A stretch of DNA of 64,000 nucleotides from Patescibacteria group bacterium (lineage in GTDB: Bacteria > Patescibacteriota > CPR2 > UBA1875 > CAIMLA01). Both the position numbers and the translations under genes were made by a program. Below are positions 1-7,460 of the stretch, one piece after another; the stretch's first letter is position 1; every line of letters starts with the position of its first letter. The stretch covers positions 10,654 to 74,653 of the forward strand of contig JBGSPL010000002.1 in NCBI GenBank assembly GCA_041738615.1. Reading direction: 5' to 3'. The notes under the pieces are model-generated. The model was not told the origin of the DNA. It saw nothing but the letters and a program-made list of their open reading frames with translations, and did not search any database.

Positions 1-5
1 AGCCG

Positions 6-527
6 ATGATCGTGGAAAACGCAGGAGTGATCATCATCGCCCAGATGGGCGACAAGGTCGCACTCGTGCGCAACTTCCGCATGATCGGTCCTCGCCTGTT
101 ACCTGACGCCGGCGCGAGCTACATCAAGAAGCTCAACGAGACGAAGTCCTGGAGCAAGCTCCTCGACTCTCTCGGCCGTTGGAGCATCGAATGCCCCCGC
201 GGGCTGGCTCCTGGTAACGGCGAGGAAGACATGGAAGCCTTCCTCATCCGTACGGCCAAGCTCGAGGTTCTCGAAGAGGCTGGTCTGACGATCAAGAACG
301 CTAAGGTCGTCGGCAACCTCAACGCGAACACCACCTTTTTCGCTCACGCGCAAATGGTGGTACTCGCCGAGATCATCTCCATTGGTGAGGCAAACCCCGA
401 AGATCTGGAGATCATCGGTGGCGTCGACCTCTACACGATGGCGGAGCTCCGCGAGCTCAACGACTCGGGCGAGTTCACGGACGGCCTTACCTTGGCCGCG
501 CTCGCGCTCTGCGGGATGCACATCTAG
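6..527 (+). CDS. NUDIX hydrolase (ADP-ribose pyrophosphatase-like); may begin before the window
   Basis: Nudix-box-like ECPRG...E...AKLEVLEEAG and C-terminal DGLTLAAL; the frame is open at the window edge. Confidence 0.75.
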   Translation: MIVENAGVIIIAQMGDKVALVRNFRMIGPRLLPDAGASYIKKLNETKSWSKLLDSLGRWSIECPRGLAPGNGEEDMEAFLIRTAKLEVLEEAGLTIKNAKVVGNLNANTTFFAHAQMVVLAEIISIGEANPEDLEIIGGVDLYTMAELRELNDSGEFTDGLTLAALALCGMHI

Positions 528-563
528 CCCGCCGGGGCTTCGCAAGAAGTCTCAAAAACCAAG

Positions 564-598
564 AAGCCCCTGATCGCATTTGCGGCCAGGGGCTTTCT
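564..598. terminator. Intrinsic terminator between convergent NUDIX and galU
   Basis: AAGCCCCTG...CAGGGGCTT inverted repeat followed by TCTC; a second GCAA-loop hairpin lies at about 534-553. Confidence 0.65.
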
Positions 599-614
599 CG
601 TTATTTAGAATTAG

Positions 615-1478
615 TTATTTGATAGTTCCCAGATACTCCCTAAAATCAGCGCCCAACTTCTTGTGGGTAAGGGCCATATGTACCGTCGCCTTAAGAAACC
701 CTAGCTTATCTCCCGTATCAAAACGCTCATCGGTGAGTTTATAAGCGTACATCCCGTCATTTTTGATTAGCTCTAAGATACCATCGGTTAATTGAATTTC
801 ATCCCCTGCACCCGGCTTCGTCTCCTCGAGATAGTTGAATATCTCTGGCTTCAGGACATAGCGTCCGATAACAGCATAGTTTGATGGAGCGTCTGCCTTT
901 GCGGGTTTTTCAATAATACCTTTGAGCGCGAAGGAATCCTCTTCGCTCCCGTCGATTGGATCCACAATTCCATACGAAGAGACCTTGTCTTCTGGAATTT
1001 CCTCAGTCAGAATTACTGACTTACCGCTTCTCTCAAAGACTTCAATCATCTGGCCGATACATGGTTTGGACCCAACCACCAGGTCGTCTGGCAATATCAC
1101 TGCAAATGGCTCGTCGCCGATAAAGTCCTTGGCGCGGAGAACAGCGTGGCCAAGCCCTAACGGCTCCTTTTGCCTAATATATACGATATTCGCCATATCC
1201 GAGATGCTCTTTACCTCTGCGAGCACGTCAAGCTTGCCCTTGAGTTCCAGAGTGTGTTCGAGTTCATATGAGTGATCAAAGTAGTCTTCAATCGAATTCT
1301 TGCCGCGACCGGTAATGATAATGATATCGGTAATCCCCGACTTTACCGCCTCTTCTACAGCATAGTGAATCGCGGGACGGTCTATTATCGGTAGCATTTC
1401 CTTAGGCATCGACTTGGTCGCTGGTAAAAATCTAGTTCCAAAACCCGCGGCGGGAATTACTGCCTTACGAACTTTCAA
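615..1478 (-). CDS. galU: UTP--glucose-1-phosphate uridylyltransferase
   Basis: KAVIPAAGFGTRFLPATKSMPKEMLP, QKEPLGLGHAV, EIQLTD motifs. Confidence 0.96.
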   Translation of the reverse strand: MKVRKAVIPAAGFGTRFLPATKSMPKEMLPIIDRPAIHYAVEEAVKSGITDIIIITGRGKNSIEDYFDHSYELEHTLELKGKLDVLAEVKSISDMANIVYIRQKEPLGLGHAVLRAKDFIGDEPFAVILPDDLVVGSKPCIGQMIEVFERSGKSVILTEEIPEDKVSSYGIVDPIDGSEEDSFALKGIIEKPAKADAPSNYAVIGRYVLKPEIFNYLEETKPGAGDEIQLTDGILELIKNDGMYAYKLTDERFDTGDKLGFLKATVHMALTHKKLGADFREYLGTIK

Positions 1479-1480
1479 TG

Positions 1481-1945
1481 CTATTCTCCTGATTTAGGCT
1501 TAATAATCAACACGCGTTCTTTACCGACTCCCGTGGAGTCAGACGTCAGGCCTTCTCTGTCAGCGATACTGTGCACTAGCCGTCTCTCGTATGAGTTTAG
1601 TCCGGTGAGACGCTCCGGGAAGCCGCTGGTCTGCACCTTTTTGATGGCCTCCAGGGCCATGGACTCGGTACGGGCGTCCTTATTCTTCATATAATCACCG
1701 GCGTCGATGCGAAGCACAAAATCCTTGTCAACCTGGTGCCTTACCATAATCCCAAGGATGTAGGAGAAATCTGCCAGTGTTTCGCCGTGAAAACCGATAA
1801 TAATAGAGGTATCATCGCCAACCAGCTTTATCCTCACGGCCTCCGTGTCGGCGCTAACCTCCGGGTGCAAAGAGAGCTTCATCCCTCGTAGTAGATCTAC
1901 AGTGATGTCTTCAATTCTTTTCAGATCGCCGTGTGTTACTGCCAT
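1481..1945 (-). CDS. jag: Jag/KhpB-like KH-R3H RNA-binding protein, lacking the N-terminal Jag domain
   Basis: IIGFHGETL (KH) and LNSYERRLVH (R3H); directly downstream of yidC. Confidence 0.85.
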   Translation of the reverse strand: MAVTHGDLKRIEDITVDLLRGMKLSLHPEVSADTEAVRIKLVGDDTSIIIGFHGETLADFSYILGIMVRHQVDKDFVLRIDAGDYMKNKDARTESMALEAIKKVQTSGFPERLTGLNSYERRLVHSIADREGLTSDSTGVGKERVLIIKPKSGE

Positions 1946-1947
1946 GG

Positions 1948-2799
1948 CTACTTCTTTTTCTTCGCTGGTTTCTTTGATTTAGCGTCTTCGGCCGCAACCT
2001 CAATCGCTGCCTCTTTATCCAGCTCGACAACATCTTCTCGCATCGAAAGCCATTGTTGCAAGTAGGCAACCGCTGTGGTCACTGTCCAATATAGAGGCAA
2101 AGCCGCCGGCCAGATAAGTCCAATATATAAAATCATTAGGGGCATCATATACGAGAGCATGCCCAACGTTTGCGCACTCTGATTGTTCTTTTGATCCTTT
2201 GGTACCATAAGTCGCATCTGGAAGAACTGAGCCACCGCTGCTACGACTGCGAAAATGATTTCCTTGTTGATTACCAGTGGGCTTGTACTAACGAGTGCCT
2301 TTTGTGAGAGGTCAAAGAATCCCATAAAATGGGTATTGAACGTTCCGGCAAGCGCACTTTTTACAAAGGCGAGGCTATCGACCCAGCCATAGAGGTAATG
2401 CCAAATACCAGCATCCTTGTTGATAAGGTTTACGAATGCAGGCTCGCTGAATTTGATGATTGAATAATAGAGTGCAATCATTAGTGGCAACTGAATCAGT
2501 GAAGGCAAACAAGAAGAAAGCGGGTTGACCTCTTTTTCTTTATAAAGCTCCAGTGTCATCGCCTGCACCTTTTGTGGATCGTTCTTGTATTTTTCGCTGA
2601 TTTTTTTGATCTCTGGCTGCAGTGCTGTCAGGGCCTTCTGGTTTTTCATCGTCGTTGCCTGTAGCGGCCACAGGACGGCCCTAATCAGCAAGGTAAGAAG
2701 GATTATGGCGATACCAAAGTCGTGGAACGGAATAATACTATAGAGAAGGACTAAAACATTCACTAGGGGCTGAATAAGGATTGTTTCAAAAATGTTCAT
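1948..2799 (-). CDS. yidC: Membrane protein insertase YidC/Oxa1
   Basis: FGIAIILLTLLIR, NPLSSCLPSLIQLP, PAALPLYW motifs. Confidence 0.95.
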   Translation of the reverse strand: MNIFETILIQPLVNVLVLLYSIIPFHDFGIAIILLTLLIRAVLWPLQATTMKNQKALTALQPEIKKISEKYKNDPQKVQAMTLELYKEKEVNPLSSCLPSLIQLPLMIALYYSIIKFSEPAFVNLINKDAGIWHYLYGWVDSLAFVKSALAGTFNTHFMGFFDLSQKALVSTSPLVINKEIIFAVVAAVAQFFQMRLMVPKDQKNNQSAQTLGMLSYMMPLMILYIGLIWPAALPLYWTVTTAVAYLQQWLSMREDVVELDKEAAIEVAAEDAKSKKPAKKKK

Positions 2800-2893
2800 A
2801 TATTTCTTTCTACATTACACTACATCAGTGACCATTTTAGCACAGAATCTCGTCTCGGTTAAGTACCCCCGGCGAGGGCACGCAAACCCTGTC

Positions 2894-2954
2894 TTATCCC
2901 CCTAAATGTGGATAAGATAAAGGGGTTGTGGAAAACTATTTTTAGTACTATAAT
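2894..2954. promoter_or_regulatory. DnaA boxes and -10 element upstream of dnaA
   Basis: TGTGGATAA 2907-2915 (perfect box), TGTGGAAAA 2927-2935, TATAAT 2949-2954. Confidence 0.8.
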
Positions 2955-3007
2955 GAGCACAGATTTGACTAAATACGGGGTCTTGGGCGGCCCAAAAGAG
3001 GTGGAAA

Positions 3008-4378
3008 TTGGAAAAAGAACAGGTCTGGAAATCAGTCCTTGGCGAGCTTGAGGTTTCTCTCTCAAAAGCTAACTTTACAACCTGGTTCAAAAACACTCAG
3101 ATTGTGGCAATCACAGAGACGAGTGCCGTTGTTGGTGTTCCCAACGTTTTCACCAAGGAGTGGCTAGAAAAGAAGTACCATCCGCAGATTCTAGAGGCAA
3201 TCCGCAGCTCAGCGCCTGGGATTACCATAATTGAATACAAAGTGGGTTCTCTAAAGACCCTCGAGAAGGAAGTTGCTAAGGAACAGCCAGTTGTTGTACC
3301 GACCGTAGAGACAACCCCCACATACCAGCCACTCGCCGATAATAATGCCGTTGGCTCAAGCGGAATGAACCCACGCTACACGCTGGATACTTTCGTGGTT
3401 GGCTCTTCAAACAAGCTGGCCTTTGCTGCCTGCCAGAGTGTCGCAGAAAACCCAGGAACCAAATACAACCCTCTCTTTATCTATGGTGGTGTTGGCTTGG
3501 GAAAAACTCACCTGATGCAGGCAGTCGGAAACGCCATTCTAAAGGCGAACCCAAAGAAAAAGGTGGTTTACGTTACTAGCGAGAAGTTCACAAATGACTT
3601 CATCTCTTCTATTACCGACAAAAAAGTTGGCGGCTTCAAAGACAAGTATCGAAAAGTAGATGTTCTGATTGTTGACGACTTGCAGTTTCTCGCCAACAAG
3701 GAACAGACACAGGAAGAATTTTTTCATACTTTTAACGCTCTCCATCAGGCAAATAAGCAGATTATCCTTGCTAGCGACCGCCCACCGAAAGCAATACCTA
3801 CCTTGGAAGAAAGGCTACGTTCACGTTTCGAATGGGGGCTAATGGTGGACATCCAACCGCCTGATCTCGAAACTAGAATCGCAATCCTCCAACGCAAAAG
3901 CCAGGGCCGGGGCTACATAGTCCCACTAGATGTTCTCGACTACATCGCTCGCAATATCCAAAACAATATCCGAGAACTCGAGGGGGCGCTGAACCGCATT
4001 CTTGCATACTGCGAACTAAACGCCGGCGAACCGACACTAGAAGTGACCAAGTCCATCCTCAGCAACCTGATCGCGGGGGCCCGAAGGCGCGGCTTTACTG
4101 CGAGACAAATTGTCGAGAAAGTAGCAGCGTTCTACGACTTGTCGGTAAACGAAGTGTTGGGGTCAAAGAGAGACAAAGAAATTGTCTTCCCCCGCCAGAT
4201 TGCAATGTATCTGATGCGAGAAGAATTGCAACTTTCTTACCCAAAGATTGCTCGCGAGCTAGGCAAGAAGGATCACACTACAGCCATCCATTCGTGTGAC
4301 AAGATCGAAAAGGAACTCGACCATAACGAAGTTCTGCGGCACGAAATCGGTTTAATCAAAGAGCGTCTCTATGGTTAA
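3008..4378 (+). CDS. dnaA: Chromosomal replication initiator DnaA
   Basis: YNPLFIYGGVGLGKTHL Walker A, RLRSRFEWGL, domain IV KDHTT; TTG start. Confidence 0.98.
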   Translation: MEKEQVWKSVLGELEVSLSKANFTTWFKNTQIVAITETSAVVGVPNVFTKEWLEKKYHPQILEAIRSSAPGITIIEYKVGSLKTLEKEVAKEQPVVVPTVETTPTYQPLADNNAVGSSGMNPRYTLDTFVVGSSNKLAFAACQSVAENPGTKYNPLFIYGGVGLGKTHLMQAVGNAILKANPKKKVVYVTSEKFTNDFISSITDKKVGGFKDKYRKVDVLIVDDLQFLANKEQTQEEFFHTFNALHQANKQIILASDRPPKAIPTLEERLRSRFEWGLMVDIQPPDLETRIAILQRKSQGRGYIVPLDVLDYIARNIQNNIRELEGALNRILAYCELNAGEPTLEVTKSILSNLIAGARRRGFTARQIVEKVAAFYDLSVNEVLGSKRDKEIVFPRQIAMYLMREELQLSYPKIARELGKKDHTTAIHSCDKIEKELDHNEVLRHEIGLIKERLYG

Positions 4379-4650
4379 ACTGTGGATAAGCCTGTGCAGA
4401 ACCCCAGTATTCAGTGGAAAAGGTTGCGACAATAAAAAGTATAAATTATGCTCACTAAACATGGTCCAGAAAGTTAGAAACAGTTTTTGCAAGAACCTTA
4501 CCCCCTGTTGTACAGCCCCAAAACTGTAAGATGGTTACAAAGATAAGCACAAAAAGCGGCTTATACGCAGAATACACAGCCCCTATTACTACGATTACTA
4601 ATATATAAATAAGAAATTATATACACGAGCCTGTGGAAAGGGAAAACAAA
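4379..4650. other. Replication origin oriC (dnaA-dnaN intergenic)
   Basis: TGTGGATAA 4381-4389; degenerate boxes at 4393, 4413, 4561, 4570; then GCCC, trio-like CTA TTA CTA CGA TTA CTA (4583-4600) and an AT-rich tract. Confidence 0.88.
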
Positions 4651-5748
4651 ATGAAAGCATCAATACTCAGAGAGAATCTCGCTAAGGCACTATCCGTTTG
4701 CGGAAGAGTGGTAACCACTAGAGGAAGTCTAGAAATTCTTAGTAATGTTATGATCAGTACAGAATCTGGAAGAATGAAGATCTCGGCTACCAACCTAGAG
4801 GTCGGAGTGAACTATTGGGTTGGCGCAAAAGTAGAGAACGAAGGGGCGATTACTGTTCCTGCGAGACTAATCACTGACGTGGTGAGCTCCCTCAACTCGG
4901 AAAAAGTCTCCTTGGAATTAGAGGAGATGACCTTACACGTAAACTCCGATACGGACAAACTCTCGATAAAAGGCATCTCTATTGATGAATTTCCACTAAT
5001 CCCAAGCATAGAGACTACAGCTTTCAAGATTTCTGCGAAAGTACTTCGTGAAGCCCTCTCACAGGTTACATTTGCTGCGGCCCTAGATGAGGCAAGGCCA
5101 GTTCTCTCTGGAGTCTACTTCTTGGTAGACGGCGATAGCCTGACGCTTGCAGCCACTGACAGCTATAGATTGGCCGAGCGAGTGATTAAGCTAGAGAAGA
5201 AGGTTGCCGATAAGGTAGAGGTGATTATCCCTGCGCGTGCCCTTATAGAGCTAGCGAGAACCCTCGCTGACATTACCGGTGACATCAAAGTGTGCGTAAA
5301 CGATAATCAGGTCTTATTTGCAGCAGACGAAGTCGAGTTTACATCTCGCCTCATAGACGGGAATTTTCCGAATTATAAACAGATTATCCCAGAAGGGAAT
5401 GACACTAAAGCGGTTGTGGGAGTCTCGGCGCTCGCAGGTGTGCTCAAGGTGGCGAGTCTCTTTGCTCGAGAGAACGCGAATAGTGTAAATATCTTTGTTC
5501 GTTCCAAGGGGAAAATTGAAGTCAGTGCCACGAGTTCCCAAGTTGGTGACAGCTCGTCTACAATTGATGCACAGGTTGAGGGGAAAGATGGGGATATCTC
5601 CTTCAACGGAAAATATATTCTAGACGTGCTCTCAAATATCAAAGAAGAGAATGTAGAATTCGAAATTAGCGGCAAGTTGAATCCAGGGGTAATCCGTCTC
5701 GAGGGGAAAAAGGACTACACTTACATCATTATGCCACTACGCTCTTAG
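4651..5748 (+). CDS. dnaN: DNA polymerase III beta clamp
   Basis: ATNLE, AATDSYRLA, SRLIDGNFPNY, IIMPLR; ATG at 4651 preferred. Confidence 0.97.
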   Translation: MKASILRENLAKALSVCGRVVTTRGSLEILSNVMISTESGRMKISATNLEVGVNYWVGAKVENEGAITVPARLITDVVSSLNSEKVSLELEEMTLHVNSDTDKLSIKGISIDEFPLIPSIETTAFKISAKVLREALSQVTFAAALDEARPVLSGVYFLVDGDSLTLAATDSYRLAERVIKLEKKVADKVEVIIPARALIELARTLADITGDIKVCVNDNQVLFAADEVEFTSRLIDGNFPNYKQIIPEGNDTKAVVGVSALAGVLKVASLFARENANSVNIFVRSKGKIEVSATSSQVGDSSSTIDAQVEGKDGDISFNGKYILDVLSNIKEENVEFEISGKLNPGVIRLEGKKDYTYIIMPLRS

Positions 5749-5764
5749 GGGAATACAGCGGAAA

Positions 5765-6844
5765 ATGCTGATTACAAAGTTACAACTTCAGAATTGGCGT
5801 AACCACGGCAAATTTAGTTTTGAGTTTGACGGGATTACGGTTCTTGTAGGCCCCAATGCTACAGGCAAGACAAACTTCCTAGAGGCGATTTATTACTTGG
5901 CCACAGGCAAGAGTTTTCGGGCTAAGGATGAAAGCCTCATCGGTTGGGATGAGCAATTTTCGCGAATCGAGGCGGATATTCAGAGAGAAGAAGGCTCAGA
6001 AAATCTACTGGTGGTGCTCGAAAATCAAGGGAGAACAGTAAAAACAGTGAAAATCAAAGAGCAAAAGGTGGCCTCGGCGAAGCTTTTGGGGCACCTGGGA
6101 GCCGTCCTTTTTACTCCTGAAGAGATTGAGCTTATTTCCACGCTGCCCGAGGCGCGCAGGCGCTACTTAAATATGATTATTAGCCAATCTGATCGGAAAT
6201 ATTCGTACTCGCTGATTCACTTTCGCCGTACTCTAGAGCAGCGCAATTCTCTCCTCAGGAGGATCTTCAACGGTGAGGCCAAGGAAGACGAGCTCGAGAT
6301 TTGGGATGGGCGGTTTGCTGAGTATAGCGAGCAGATTATTGCCGCGCGAGCTGGCTATGTGTCAGAGATCAACAAACACCTTACTGTACACTACCAAAGA
6401 CTCGCGGGGAATAAGCAGAAGCTGGAGCTTTTGTACATCCCAAGCATTGAGCCTACGCAGGGTTGGGCTGGCATCGTCACTAGGCTTACACAGAGCCGCC
6501 CCAGGGACATTTTGGCCCGAGTTACGACCATCGGCCCGCATCGTGATGATATGGGCTTCACACTCGACGGTAGGAACTTGCTGACTTTTGCCTCGCGCGG
6601 CGAGCTGAGGACTGTGATGTTGGCTCTAAAACTCGCAGAGGTAGATTTTCTGGAAAGCATCATGGGAGAACGCCCGGTGTTGTTACTCGATGACGTATTT
6701 AGTGAGCTCGACGAGAAGCGCCGAGATCTTCTCTCACAGGTATTCACCGAGCAGCAGACAATCATCACCACCACCGACCTAGATCATGTAAGCAAAAACA
6801 TTCTCGATAAAGCAAAGGTGATAAACTTGGGTTATGACAAATAA
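5765..6844 (+). CDS. recF: DNA replication/repair protein RecF
   Basis: GPNATGKTN, GPHRDD, FASRGE, LLLDDVFSELD. Confidence 0.96.
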   Translation: MLITKLQLQNWRNHGKFSFEFDGITVLVGPNATGKTNFLEAIYYLATGKSFRAKDESLIGWDEQFSRIEADIQREEGSENLLVVLENQGRTVKTVKIKEQKVASAKLLGHLGAVLFTPEEIELISTLPEARRRYLNMIISQSDRKYSYSLIHFRRTLEQRNSLLRRIFNGEAKEDELEIWDGRFAEYSEQIIAARAGYVSEINKHLTVHYQRLAGNKQKLELLYIPSIEPTQGWAGIVTRLTQSRPRDILARVTTIGPHRDDMGFTLDGRNLLTFASRGELRTVMLALKLAEVDFLESIMGERPVLLLDDVFSELDEKRRDLLSQVFTEQQTIITTTDLDHVSKNILDKAKVINLGYDK

Positions 6845-7112
6845 CATTTTCAAAAATAGGTTGGACCAGCTCGGCATCGGCCGGCAAGTGGACGCTGCCG
6901 TTATTGTGGCACGGTCACAAAAGATCATTCATGACCATTTTGGAGCTCATGGTGATAACAATCTACGGGCTGTCTCTTACAGAAACGGCGTTTTAAAGAT
7001 AGCAAGTAGTTCAAGCGCATGGTCAGCGGAATGTCGCGGTGCTTTATTAGAAATACAAAAACCGCCTGTGACCCGAGTGGTATTTACTTTTGCTAACACA
7101 CCAGAGGAGTAG
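6834..7112 (+). CDS. DciA/DUF721 family protein
   Basis: Follows recF; YRNGVLKIASSSSAWSAE resembles the DUF721 core. Confidence 0.7.
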   Translation: MTNNIFKNRLDQLGIGRQVDAAVIVARSQKIIHDHFGAHGDNNLRAVSYRNGVLKIASSSSAWSAECRGALLEIQKPPVTRVVFTFANTPEE

Positions 7113-7460
7113 CTATTCGGTAGTTAGGTCAGGATCGGAGGAGTCGTCATAATCGGGTGCAAAAATAACCGTTACTTCGGTGGTTTGGTCTTTAGAAACC
7201 ACTACTGCTTGAGAAGAAGCGGCTGCATCACTATCTTTTGCCTTTGCGGTTAATCGGTATTCACCCGGCTTAAGGGTAATTTCTTTGGCTGAACTAAGTT
7301 CTTTGTCTTTGCCGTCTATTTGCACGGTTTGGATATCAGTTGGTGATGAAACCTTAATTTTGCCCGTTGGGTTTAAGACAACCCAAATAAACGTACCGAT
7401 AATAATCAGCAGTGTTAGGGAGCTAAAAACAGCTATTTGTATAAGGGTTTTTCTATTCAT
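7113..7460 (-). CDS. Membrane-anchored PEGA-like beta-sandwich protein (T4SS cluster)
   Basis: N-terminal TM; VSSP..VQIDGK..ITLKPGEYRLTA pattern. Confidence 0.6.
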   Translation of the reverse strand: MNRKTLIQIAVFSSLTLLIIIGTFIWVVLNPTGKIKVSSPTDIQTVQIDGKDKELSSAKEITLKPGEYRLTAKAKDSDAAASSQAVVVSKDQTTEVTVIFAPDYDDSSDPDLTTE

